A DNA stretch of 64,000 bases, from the NCBI GenBank assembly GCA_038222225.1, contig JBBRHV010000003.1:10331-74330 (forward strand). Reading direction: 5' to 3'. Every line of letters starts with the position of its first letter. Within the stretch, counting starts at the first letter, position 1. A program made the translations under genes and the position numbers. Below are positions 17,858 to 27,356 of the stretch, one piece after another. The stretch is from Candidatus Omnitrophota bacterium. Its GTDB lineage: Bacteria; Omnitrophota; Gorgyraeia; Zapsychrales; JANLHA01. Under the pieces are notes generated by a model. The model was not told the origin of the DNA and ran no database searches. It was given only the letters and a program-made list of their open reading frames with translations.

Positions 17858-20650
17858 TTATACGAATGATCTTTCGCGCTCTAAAACTCTCAGAAATGCA
17901 TCAACGATCTTAGGTTCAAATCGCGTACCGGAAAATTCCTGAAGCATTCTGAGGGCACTCTCTTTTGGGAACGCCTTGCGGTACGGCCGATCTGAAATCA
18001 ACGCCTCGTATACATCAGCAACGGCAATAATCCTTGCGGCCAAAGGGATTCTTTCTTTCACAAATCCATAAGGATATCCTTTGCCATCCCATCTTTCGTG
18101 ATGATAAAGAAGGGCCGGTATGATCGGATGCAACGAATGAATCGGCCTGATAATATCCACGCCTATCTGAGGATGCCGTTTAACCTCTTCAAACTCTTCT
18201 CTGGTCAGTTCGGACGGTTTATGCAGGATCTCTTCTCTGATCCCGACTTTCCCCAGATCATGCAGCATCATCGCCTGTCCAATAAGCTCAATCTGCTGGG
18301 AAGACAAATTTAACTCACGAGAAATTGCGACGGCATAATCAACGGCCCTTTCACCATGCCCCCCGGTGTCATGATCTTTCAGCTCTATAATTTTTGCGAA
18401 TGCGAATATTTCCTCGATCAAACTTTGATTTGCCCGTAACGTCAGTCGAGCGATTTTATCTTTGAGCGACTTGATGTCGGAAGTTTCCGGAATTGTTGCG
18501 TCCCCCTTCTTTATGTCTGAGAGAGAAAATACCCGGTTGCCGCCGCTCTCTTTGGCCTTATTCAAAATTTTGTCAACAAAATCCACCATCTCCATCCCTT
18601 GAAGAGGACTGTCTTCCGGATATGATGAAACCGCTAATGTTAACTTCAACTTAATAAGATGCGCCTTATCCCCAAAGTTATGTGCCTTGGCCCTTTTCAG
18701 AATTCTTTCAGCCAAGGCGAGGATGCCCGCCTTATCCGTGTCCGGAGATAACACAATAAACTCATCCCCTCCGTAACGGATGACAGTATCATAGGGCCGG
18801 ACGATCTTGGTCAACTCTTGAGCGAACTGCCTTAATATCAAATCGCCGAAGACATGCCCATACACATCATTGATCGACTTAAAATAATCCAGATCCATCA
18901 TAATGAGCGAAAACGGACTAAATGTCCGTTCAGCCTGAGAAAGGCCTCCTTCCAGCGTTTCTTTCAGATAACGATGATTATAAAGACCGGTATGGGAATC
19001 TTTCAAAATCAGCTGTCCCATTTCCTTGCTGAGTTGTTCCCGTTCGGTTTCTGCCATTTTGCGGTCGGTAATATTGCGAATGTTGCATTGGATGACGTTG
19101 ATATGGTCAACGCTATAGACATTGCTGACAAATTCCACATTGATCAAGCGCCCGTCTTTGGTCTGAAGGGGCAAATCTTCATAACGGACATATCCTTGAG
19201 TTTGCAGTTGCTGAAATGCTGTTTTACATCTATTGGTATCTATAAAAGCGCCGACATCCCAGAGTTTCTTTCCTAAAAATTCTTCGCGTGAATAACCCAA
19301 CATATCAACTAAAAATGGATTCACTTCATTGATCTGACTCGTTTCTGCATCAAGAATTAATATCCCATCCTGGGCCGTCTCAAAAAGCCGACGGAACCGG
19401 CTTTCCGAATTCTGCAGGGCATCCTGTAGACGCTTATGTTCGGTGATGTCGCGCCAAACACTTAAAAACATCCACCTCTCTTTGTAACGGGTCAAAGACG
19501 TCGACACCAGGATGTTTTTCTTCGAACCATCCTTTGCGCGAATAACGGTCTCAGTTTCACGGCATCCGTTTTCTGCAACAATTTCGTTTAAAAAGCGCAG
19601 CGCTTCCTGGCTATCTTTAAAATTCGGATGAATAAGGGTATCAAAATCTGAATGATTTGCTTCCTCTATTGTATAACCGCAAATATTTCCCATCCTTGAA
19701 TTAAAAACCTCAAAATGGCCTTTCGTATCCGACAAGGTGATCCCATCGCTCACCTTATCAACAACCATTTGCAGCTCTAAAAAATCATCCAAAAACCCTT
19801 TCTCCACCACTTTGCGTGTGGTTATATCACGAACGACTCCCCACATGCCCCGCGGCTTTCCTTCTTTATCCTTAATAAGCCAAATTTTAAGGCTTACGGG
19901 AAAAACCGTCCCGTCCTTTTTGATATATTCTTTTTCATATTCATCAGCATACCCCTTTTCCAGGATTTGTTTTTCAAAAATATCTTCTTCGAGGCTATGC
20001 CATTTCTCAGGAGTGAACTGCCGGCAAATAAATCCTTTGATTTCCTGCTCAGTATAACCGAGCATTTCTCTGTAAGCCTGATTGGTGTCAATAATATTTC
20101 TCTTCATATCCATCAAGAACATGCCGTCCTTAAACGAATCGTAAAAACTGTGATATTTCTCCTCTGATTCTTTCCATTGAGCCACATCACTCAATTTTTC
20201 TAAAAATTCTTTGATCGATTGGGCCCGGTTAAGAATTTTTTGTGTGGTCTCTAATGAAACTGGCGCGGGACTTAGAGTGTCAAGGGAATCTTCCAGCATC
20301 AGTTCCGCAGCGTAGATATCATTGCCGAATTGATGCGTGATGATTTCTTTAAGGATGGGATTGATGGGGATGGCATTCTGGAATTGAGGAAAATTCGGGC
20401 TCTCTTTCGAAGGTGAGGTCACCGCGCCAATAACATTTTTTATGTCTTTGTACCACAATAAAATCCGATGCGCTTCCTGAATCGGCATCATTTCTTTTTT
20501 TTCAAGCCACCGCTGGCACAGAAGGATGATCGCGGCCACGCTATCCTCAACGCGATGGTAAATAAAATCCCAGACATCCTTTCCAATGCTGATGCCTTCA
20601 TGGTTTATATATTCGTAAAGCTCTTTTTCTCGGGGCATGGGATTGGACAT
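17858..20650 (-). CDS. Cytoplasmic PAS-PAS-PAS-GGDEF-HD-GYP protein (c-di-GMP synthesis and hydrolysis domains).
   Basis: RYGGDEFIVLSPD GGDEF site; HDLGKVGI ... HHERWDGKGYPYG HD-GYP signature. Confidence 0.9.
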   Translation of the reverse strand: MSNPMPREKELYEYINHEGISIGKDVWDFIYHRVEDSVAAIILLCQRWLEKKEMMPIQEAHRILLWYKDIKNVIGAVTSPSKESPNFPQFQNAIPINPILKEIITHQFGNDIYAAELMLEDSLDTLSPAPVSLETTQKILNRAQSIKEFLEKLSDVAQWKESEEKYHSFYDSFKDGMFLMDMKRNIIDTNQAYREMLGYTEQEIKGFICRQFTPEKWHSLEEDIFEKQILEKGYADEYEKEYIKKDGTVFPVSLKIWLIKDKEGKPRGMWGVVRDITTRKVVEKGFLDDFLELQMVVDKVSDGITLSDTKGHFEVFNSRMGNICGYTIEEANHSDFDTLIHPNFKDSQEALRFLNEIVAENGCRETETVIRAKDGSKKNILVSTSLTRYKERWMFLSVWRDITEHKRLQDALQNSESRFRRLFETAQDGILILDAETSQINEVNPFLVDMLGYSREEFLGKKLWDVGAFIDTNRCKTAFQQLQTQGYVRYEDLPLQTKDGRLINVEFVSNVYSVDHINVIQCNIRNITDRKMAETEREQLSKEMGQLILKDSHTGLYNHRYLKETLEGGLSQAERTFSPFSLIMMDLDYFKSINDVYGHVFGDLILRQFAQELTKIVRPYDTVIRYGGDEFIVLSPDTDKAGILALAERILKRAKAHNFGDKAHLIKLKLTLAVSSYPEDSPLQGMEMVDFVDKILNKAKESGGNRVFSLSDIKKGDATIPETSDIKSLKDKIARLTLRANQSLIEEIFAFAKIIELKDHDTGGHGERAVDYAVAISRELNLSSQQIELIGQAMMLHDLGKVGIREEILHKPSELTREEFEEVKRHPQIGVDIIRPIHSLHPIIPALLYHHERWDGKGYPYGFVKERIPLAARIIAVADVYEALISDRPYRKAFPKESALRMLQEFSGTRFEPKIVDAFLRVLERERSFV

Positions 20651-20951
20651 AGCTCTTATTGCACCTCATGAAAAGGCAACCGTATGCCGACACATTGCCA
20701 GACAGTTCGGCTCCCTTTATTTGTTTTTATTGTAGGCCTTATCGTAAACAGGGGCAATTGCACCAGGGTATAACTCAAACCCTGGAACGTTCGGAAGAAA
20801 AAAAACCGCTGTTTTAGAAAAGGGTGTCCCTGCTTGAATGAGACAAGCCATGCCTTTTGGCGAAGATGTTTTGAATGGTATTCTTTGAAAAAAATTTCAC
20901 GTCATATGATCGCTCAAGTTTTCTCTCGCGCTTTTTCTGAATCTGCCGTAC

Positions 20952-21302
20952 TTATGCTTCTGCATCACCAACTTCTACCGTAAAGTTCATTCCTTCCCAG
21001 GTGTTCGTCTCCGACCAAAAAATCGCAAAGGACAACATTTGCTTGCCTGTTATTTTTGCTGTCGGAAGATCGACCTTATAGATGCCAATACCAGTGTCCT
21101 GTGCGTTGGCATCTTGAGCGGTTGTCCAGTTATCCAAACTCCAGTGAATAACTGCCGGTGCGAGCACCTCTATGCGCAGCGTGCTGCCTTTTGGCACCAC
21201 CCTGCACTTCTGATTGTAGCGCCATATGACGTAACGCGATTTCGTTTTATTTTTTTGATAACGCTCTACCCGGTTGAGGCGGGGTATCAAAGACGCGGCC
21301 AT
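20952..21302 (-). CDS. Hypothetical; possibly a remnant of a glycoside hydrolase C-terminal beta-sandwich domain.
   Basis: RIEVLAPAVIHWSLDNW...GIYKVDLP pattern; sits beside a truncated sugar porter. Confidence 0.25.
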   Translation of the reverse strand: MAASLIPRLNRVERYQKNKTKSRYVIWRYNQKCRVVPKGSTLRIEVLAPAVIHWSLDNWTTAQDANAQDTGIGIYKVDLPTAKITGKQMLSFAIFWSETNTWEGMNFTVEVGDAEA

Positions 21303-21317
21303 CCATAAGCGAACGCC

Positions 21318-21788
21318 TTAATTTAATATATTCGGCGTGCGCCCAAACCAAGGGCATCGCTGATCCCAACGGCCTGCCGTAAAACAGCCCTCTCTAGAGA
21401 TATATAACGGAGTCGCAAAAGAGGCGACGCCAATGGCGATCCCTACGATCATTCTACCTTCGATTAACCAGGCAACACTCGATGCCAAAGCAGTCCCAAT
21501 CCCGCCAAACGTAAATATGAGAGCCGCCAGTATTATGATCTTACGCCGTCCAAAACGGTCAGACCAGACGCCGCCGAATATCACTCCTATAATCGCTCCC
21601 AGCAAAACCGCGCTGACGACAAACTCTTGAGCGATCGTTGAAAGCAAAAAATCTTGTTTGACAAAAAGTATGGCGCCGGAAATAACGCCCGTATCATAAC
21701 CAAAAAGCAATCCCCCCAGCGCGGATATTGCCGCAGCGATTTTAACAAATCCCGTATTCTCAACCGCTAAGTCAGAAACATTGTTCAT
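21318..21788 (-). pseudogene. N-terminal about 150-aa fragment of an MFS sugar-porter transporter (truncated).
   Basis: GYDTGVISGA and SDRFGRRK sugar-porter motifs; the ORF ends after about 4 TM whereas family members are about 450-480 aa. Confidence 0.7.
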
Positions 21789-21862
21789 TTAGCCCCCCTT
21801 CTTCCCACTGAATTCGTTCTATCCTTCTCGTTCCACATGAATAAATGAACAAGGATTTACTG

Positions 21863-22033
21863 TCATTTTAAAAATGACACACTGAACAAAGCGCCTAAAA
21901 AACCCCCGTACAAGGCTCCCCGTATTGGTGTGCTAGTCAATGGGCAGACCCCGCTCCTGCATTTTCCATAATATCCCATAACCGCCCCCAAAGAAGCGCC
22001 TGCAATAATAAAACCCAGACTTTTTATGATCAC
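21863..22033 (-). CDS. Small membrane protein with a CxxGxCP motif (56 aa, GTG start).
   Basis: Hand translation VIIKSLGFIIAGASLGAVMGYYGKCRSGVCPLTSTPIRGALYGGFLGALFSVSFLK; GGAGG RBS 5 nt upstream. Confidence 0.45.
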   Translation of the reverse strand: MIIKSLGFIIAGASLGAVMGYYGKCRSGVCPLTSTPIRGALYGGFLGALFSVSFLK

Positions 22034-22054
22034 TTCGGCCTCCGCATAAAATTC

Positions 22055-22288
22055 CTATTTTCTGACAGCCGTTTCAGACTTTATGATTCTTTCCGCTTCC
22101 AGCCAATTATCCATATCCCTTCCGGGGATATGGCCGCTTTTTTCAAAAAGTTCTTGTGCGGTCTTACTCACGCGCTGCTGGAACTCATTCAGATCCATTG
22201 CGACCCGTTCAGACTTTCTGTTCATCACTTTTTCATTTTCCGTTACGTCCATTTTGCTTTTTTCTAATTTAAAATTTTTTTTCACCAT
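22055..22288 (-). CDS. DUF2934-like small protein.
   Basis: DNWLEAERI motif typical of DUF2934. Confidence 0.5.
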   Translation of the reverse strand: MVKKNFKLEKSKMDVTENEKVMNRKSERVAMDLNEFQQRVSKTAQELFEKSGHIPGRDMDNWLEAERIIKSETAVRK

Positions 22289-22528
22289 TTCTTCGTCTCC
22301 TTCGTGTTTAACAGTTCTTTTTAATTTAAAAATGTCTTCAGCTCAATGCCCTTCATCATCTTCGTTTCTATAATATAAATTTGCCTATCAATTAGACGGA
22401 ATTGAACCTGACCCCTTACTGATCTTATTTTAAACCGCGTTTAAAAGAGTTCAATTATACCAAAGTATCATTGGTGAAGTGGACTGTTCGGGAGAAAAAA
22501 AGGAAAGCTGTTTTGGAAAAAACTATGC

Positions 22529-23152
22529 TTATTTGGAAGAAACGAGCCCAGCTTTTTGGGCAAAGTGGATGAGTTCGGTAACGGTTTTGGCTTGCATTTT
22601 TTGCATGACGCGGCTGCGGTGGACCTTGATCGTCTGAAGAGCCGTCCCCCGTTTTAAGGCGATCTGTTTACTCAACATTCCACTGGCCACTAAACGGAAA
22701 ACCTCAAGTTCTCTGGGCGAAAGAGTTTTGATGCAGCGCCATATTTTATCAATTTCGGATTGTTCTTTATTTATAATTTTATCTCTTACAATCGCACGAT
22801 CGATAGCTTCCAGCAAGTCTTTATCAGTGAACGGTTTGGGCAGGAAATCTATGGCCCCCCCCTTCATCGCTTTCACGCTTTTTGGGATGTCCCCGTGTCC
22901 TGAAATAAAAATGATCGGGATGGTTAACCCTCGCATCGTCATTTTTTCCTGCAGAGCAAGCCCGTTTACATGCGGAAGACGCAGGTCTAAAACCAGGCAG
23001 GATGCGGCTTTGGTATGCTTAAAAGCCAAGAAATCGGCTGCGCTTTTAAATGTCTCAACCTGAAAACCGTGTGAGTTTAATAATAAAGCTAAGGCCCGGC
23101 AGACAGAGATATCATCATCAACAACATAAATAATAGGCTTACGATTGGTCAT
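22529..23152 (-). CDS. FixJ/NarL-type response regulator (REC + LuxR HTH).
   Basis: PIIYVVDDDISVCRAL... and LSPRELEVFRLVASGMLSKQIALKRGTALQTIKVHRSRVMQKM. Confidence 0.9.
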   Translation of the reverse strand: MTNRKPIIYVVDDDISVCRALALLLNSHGFQVETFKSAADFLAFKHTKAASCLVLDLRLPHVNGLALQEKMTMRGLTIPIIFISGHGDIPKSVKAMKGGAIDFLPKPFTDKDLLEAIDRAIVRDKIINKEQSEIDKIWRCIKTLSPRELEVFRLVASGMLSKQIALKRGTALQTIKVHRSRVMQKMQAKTVTELIHFAQKAGLVSSK

Positions 23153-24525
23153 AAAGCATCCTTTGTCCCTGTGCTTTTCGCAGGTATCACAGGAACAGTG
23201 AAATAAAAAGTCGCGCCACGATCAGGATTATTCTTAGCTTCTAAACATCCGCCATGAGCTTCAACAATAGAACGGCTGATGGACAACCCCATACCCAAGC
23301 CATCAGGCTTGCTGGTAAAAAAATGTTTAAAGAGCTTTTTCATATTCTCTACCGGAATGCCGCATCCGGAATCCTCGATTTCCACTATAATCGTATCAGA
23401 ATTCTTACACGATGAACGTATCATTAGTTGACGAGATTCATCGCGCGCTTCCATCGCGTCCAAACTGTTACTGATCAGATTCAGAAGAACCTGTTGCAAT
23501 TGGATTCGATCGCCGCGTATAGGAGGAAGCTTCTTAGCTAATTCAGCTTTAATGACCTTATTCCTTACAGTAACGTCTGTCGTAATGAGAACAACCGTTT
23601 CATTAATGATCGCGTTCATATCAAGAGGCTCAAATTCAGGATCGCTTTTCTTAAGCAAAGACCTAAGCCGCCGGATGACCTCCGACGCCCGCTGGTCATC
23701 ATTAACGATGTATTGTAAGATTTCTTGGAGCTGAGGCTCCCGTCCTGCAAACATGCGTTGTGCAGCTTGGGCGTGCGAAAGAATGGCCGTTAAGGGCTGG
23801 CTGATTTCATGAGCGAGGGATGAAAAAAATTCGGCAAGTTTTCCCACTCTCGTGACATGCAAAAGATCTTCACGTTGTTCTTTGATTTCTAAATCCTTCT
23901 GTCGCATGGATGTAACATCCGTTTGAATCCCCGCATAATGGGTAACGATGCCGTTTGCATCACGAACAGGAGAAATGCGCAGGTAATTCCAGAAACTCTC
24001 TCCGTTTTTCCGAAAATTAAGCATCTCTCCATGAAAAGACTTGTCCTGATGTAAAGTGTTTTTTATTTCTTCAGCGATTCTCGGGTCAGCAGCAGCTCCG
24101 TAAAGCAAAAAGTAGTTTTGCCCTATGATGTCTTTCTTGGGCAAACCTGTCATCATATGGAATGATTGATTGGAGTAAATGATCGGAAAATCAATCTTTT
24201 GAGCATCGATAATAAAAATACCATCCGATACCGAGTCCATGACCTTGGTGCGAATGTAGACCTGCTCTTCTGATAGTTTTTCTTTGTCGATCCATGCTTT
24301 TATTTGTCCATTCTTAATTTTTAGCTCATCCGCTTGGTGGCTGACCATCGTGGTTAGCTCATTATGCGTTTTATCTTTATCAGAAATCCGCTTAGAACAA
24401 TGCCGGCGATCCTTATTGCCAGATTCTTTCCCCAAAATCGACTTTTGCGTCTTCGTGCTTTCTTTAATAATCGAATTTAGGGGTTTCTTTTTTTGACCAC
24501 TTTGAGTTAGCTTTTGTTTTTTCAT
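23149..24525 (-). CDS. Soluble PAS sensor histidine kinase (FixL-like).
   Basis: H-box SLAHEISQPLTAI; HATPase GMGLSISRSIVEAHGG; PAS region; 4-bp overlap with the RR gene. Confidence 0.9.
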   Translation of the reverse strand: MKKQKLTQSGQKKKPLNSIIKESTKTQKSILGKESGNKDRRHCSKRISDKDKTHNELTTMVSHQADELKIKNGQIKAWIDKEKLSEEQVYIRTKVMDSVSDGIFIIDAQKIDFPIIYSNQSFHMMTGLPKKDIIGQNYFLLYGAAADPRIAEEIKNTLHQDKSFHGEMLNFRKNGESFWNYLRISPVRDANGIVTHYAGIQTDVTSMRQKDLEIKEQREDLLHVTRVGKLAEFFSSLAHEISQPLTAILSHAQAAQRMFAGREPQLQEILQYIVNDDQRASEVIRRLRSLLKKSDPEFEPLDMNAIINETVVLITTDVTVRNKVIKAELAKKLPPIRGDRIQLQQVLLNLISNSLDAMEARDESRQLMIRSSCKNSDTIIVEIEDSGCGIPVENMKKLFKHFFTSKPDGLGMGLSISRSIVEAHGGCLEAKNNPDRGATFYFTVPVIPAKSTGTKDAL

Positions 24526-24638
24526 TATATGTTCTTTTATTTACATTAAACTATTCTATATTTGCCAACATATACTTTATCAGACACATCATTAAGGGTA
24601 CGCTTCTTGTCATAGTTTCTTTGCGCGAAATATTTGAC

Positions 24639-24839
24639 CTACTCAATCTTACCATCAATACCACCAATGCTACGGTCCTTTTCACCATGAGGCGCAGAAA
24701 AGATAAGCGTCCGTATTTTTTCTATCTTTTTAGCAGTCAAAGGCTTTTCAATAAAATCGGCAGCATGACCTCGAACAGCATCAATGGCCGTTTCTTTTGA
24801 ACTATATCCAGTAAGAATACTCGTACGGACATCAGGCAC
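24639..24839 (-). pseudogene. C-terminal fragment of a receiver (REC) domain; gene remnant.
   Basis: DVRTSILTGYSSKETAIDAVRGHAADFIEKPLT corresponds to the alpha4-beta5-alpha5 part of a REC domain; stops upstream in all frames. Confidence 0.5.
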
Positions 24840-25086
24840 AATAATCCTTTTTAGTTTATTTTTTACATTTTACCATTTTTGTGGAAAAAGGGAAGAACCA
24901 AAAAAGACGTCAGCTTCCCAGCTCCTTGAGTGTGATGAAGGGTGCTAATCGTGAGGGATCTGGCCAGTCTGTGGGGGCACTTCTGCCGTATCTGTTTGGG
25001 GTGGCGAGGTTAAGGGGATTTATGGAGTTAATAAAGGTGTCAGCACCTTTATTTTGAAAAGTGTCTTCCTTCCCCTGCGGGGACCA

Positions 25087-25632
25087 CTAATATTTCGCAT
25101 TCATTTTTTCAAGAAATTCTTGGACCTTGGCCCGCTGACCAAATCCTGTTTGTTCGGCTTCCATGCGCTGGAAATCATTCAAAAGTTTTTTCTGCGCCTC
25201 TAACGATAGGCGCTGATCAGCCATCATATAAAGAATTTGATCTTCCTTATCAATATGCTGCCTCAGCAGCTGCATATACTGTTGAGCATTCTTTACGATC
25301 TGATCAACTCCGCCCCCGTCTTTTTTATAACGCTCAATACCCTCCAGCATGCCTTTGACATATCCCCTTCCCTCATCATGTTCGCTCAGCATGACGCCGA
25401 TCGGCCCACCCTGACGCGGAATACCAGCCTTTTCCATTTCAGGAAAGAGAAGGTCTTCCTCTTTGGCATGATGAGAATGATCCGCAAAGACCCTGATACA
25501 GTCAACGATCTTCTCCAGATGCTCAGAATCAACGCTCTCTCCAGCAATGAGCCGACCGCAAATCCTTTCCAAAACATCCATCACCAATTTGATAACCTTG
25601 TGCTCATCTTTTAAAAATTGTGTAGCATTCAT
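25087..25632 (-). CDS. Hemerythrin-like (HHE cation-binding) domain protein.
   Basis: H..HHAKEEDLLFPEM and HIDKEDQILY motifs. Confidence 0.8.
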   Translation of the reverse strand: MNATQFLKDEHKVIKLVMDVLERICGRLIAGESVDSEHLEKIVDCIRVFADHSHHAKEEDLLFPEMEKAGIPRQGGPIGVMLSEHDEGRGYVKGMLEGIERYKKDGGGVDQIVKNAQQYMQLLRQHIDKEDQILYMMADQRLSLEAQKKLLNDFQRMEAEQTGFGQRAKVQEFLEKMNAKY

Positions 25633-25757
25633 ATGGCAATTCCTTTGTAATAATGCCCGGCCATGACAGAACCGGATTAATAGGACTTTCTATTCAGTCG
25701 AATCTCTCGGTTAGCGACTTACAATATAAAGGTGTCGCCTTTATTGACCTTTATTGA

Positions 25758-25866
25758 TTAAGGCAACCTCTAATAATTCCATTTACAGTCAAAATGAATG
25801 GCTCTTTATCGACGATAGCGGAATCAGTAAATGACTCAAAAATAGCATTTTTAGAGGTTGCCTTAA
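25758..25866. repeat. 109-bp element bounded by a 16-bp inverted repeat (TTAAGGCAACCTCTAA ... TTAGAGGTTGCCTTAA), orientation A. Inverton or MITE-like.
   Basis: Same element at 26245..26353 with identical direct flanks (CACCTTTATTGA ... GTATTGTGTC) but the inner 77 bp reverse-complemented. Confidence 0.75.
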
Positions 25867-25883
25867 GTATTGTGTCCCCAGAA

Positions 25884-26153
25884 TTACAGGGATCCTCTTC
25901 TCTTTGGTTTCTTCTCTACACTTTTCTTAGGGGCCATTTTGCCCCGATTACGAATAATCAAACCGTCTAAAAATCGTCTTAACAGCTGATCGCCGCAAGG
26001 CCTATAATTTTCCTGATCGTCTTTACGAAAAATAGCGGAGAGCTCCGAAGGAGAAACTTCTAATTCAGCGAGTTTAAGGATTTCAATAATATCCGTGTCT
26101 CTTAAATGCAAAGCGATACGAAGCTTTTTCATAATGTCGTTATTGTTAATCAT
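25884..26153 (-). CDS. DUF1456 (YehS-like) protein.
   Basis: NDIMKKLRIALHLRDTDIIEILKLAELEVS...QLLRRFLDGLIIRNRG pattern. Confidence 0.7.
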   Translation of the reverse strand: MINNNDIMKKLRIALHLRDTDIIEILKLAELEVSPSELSAIFRKDDQENYRPCGDQLLRRFLDGLIIRNRGKMAPKKSVEKKPKRRGSL

Positions 26154-26244
26154 CCTTGATCCCTCCTGTGATCCTAACAATTAAGCCATTTCTATCCAAG
26201 CCAATAATAAAGGTGTCAATCACCTTTCTTGTCACCTTTATTGA

Positions 26245-26353
26245 TTAAGGCAACCTCTAAAAATGCTATTTTTGGGTCATTTACTGATTCCGTTATCGTC
26301 GATAAAGAGTCATTCATTTTGACTGTAAATGGAATTATTAGAGGTAGCCTTAA
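26245..26353. repeat. Second copy of the IR-bounded 109-bp element, orientation B (interior inverted relative to copy 1).
   Basis: See 25758..25866. Confidence 0.75.
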
Positions 26354-26381
26354 GTATTGTGTCTCCAGAGTTTTTTTATTT

Positions 26382-27251
26382 TTACAAGCCTCTTAAAATT
26401 TCCGGCCTTAACCTTATCTCCCCGTCCATGGCCGACTTCAGGATATTTAACAACATCATTTTATCTTTTGGAAACGTCCCTTCCAGCGGAAGATAATTTG
26501 AGGCGTGATTTGATCGAAATATCGTTTTTTTAAGATCAAGTCCACTAATAATTTCGTACGATTCTTTTAACAACTCTAAGGAATTCAATTCCTCAAAATC
26601 ACCTCTTGCGGCTTCCTGCGCCAAAGGTGTGCCGAGAATGATCATCAACGACAAAAACGAAAGGTATCTTGGCTGCATCCTGTTTAAGGCTGCGATCGTG
26701 CCTGCGACATGATCTTTAGAATATTTCTTGCCGCCTAAGCCCAACAAAACAATCACCGAAGACTTTATCTGCGCCCTCGCCGCCTTATGAACCCCCTCAA
26801 TCATTTCCTCAACGCTTGAAGATTTTCCACACCGATTTAGTATATCCTGACTGCCGCTTTCTAACCCCATATAGATCAGGCTTAATTTATGATCGGACAG
26901 TTCAGTTAATTCCTGATCATTTTTTCGCGTGATATTGCTTCCGTTTGCATAGCTTGAAATGCGGGTAAGCCGTGGAAAGGACTGCTCCAATTTTTCTAAG
27001 ATTGGAACCAACTTGCTATTGTTCAGAACAAGCGCATCGCCGTCCATCAAAAAAACACGTCTCACATCTTTGTAGTGGCGAGCGTGCCAATCGATATCCG
27101 CAAAGATCTCTTTTTGGTCTTTGATGCGAAAAGCTTTGTTCTTATATGCACCGCAAAAGCTGCAGCTATCAGCCGAACATCCCAGCGTGACTTGCAAAAG
27201 AAAACTATCTGCCTCTGCCGGCGGTCTTATAACGGGTTCTACAATAGCCAT
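26382..27251 (-). CDS. Radical SAM domain protein with an unusual CX4CX2C cluster motif.
   Basis: GCSADSCSFCGAY; later glycine-rich SAM-binding-like segments. Confidence 0.7.
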   Translation of the reverse strand: MAIVEPVIRPPAEADSFLLQVTLGCSADSCSFCGAYKNKAFRIKDQKEIFADIDWHARHYKDVRRVFLMDGDALVLNNSKLVPILEKLEQSFPRLTRISSYANGSNITRKNDQELTELSDHKLSLIYMGLESGSQDILNRCGKSSSVEEMIEGVHKAARAQIKSSVIVLLGLGGKKYSKDHVAGTIAALNRMQPRYLSFLSLMIILGTPLAQEAARGDFEELNSLELLKESYEIISGLDLKKTIFRSNHASNYLPLEGTFPKDKMMLLNILKSAMDGEIRLRPEILRGL

Positions 27252-27356
27252 ATAATTTTACCCTGATTTGATAATAGGGGTCAGCGCCCTATCTTTAAAA
27301 GGGCCTGTCCCTGCCGAAAGGAAACGGTGTCGAGCTAAAGGTGTCCGTCACCTTTA

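Noticed and set aside
17780-20780. Sigma-54 (-24/-12) promoter reading of the TGGTAC/TGGTGC...TTGC part of the conserved intergenic element
   Set aside because: GG to GC spacing is about 9 bp instead of the required 10-11 bp in the TGGCAC-N5-TTGC arrangement, and orientation relative to the genes is inconsistent. Treated as a transcription-factor site or conserved leader instead.
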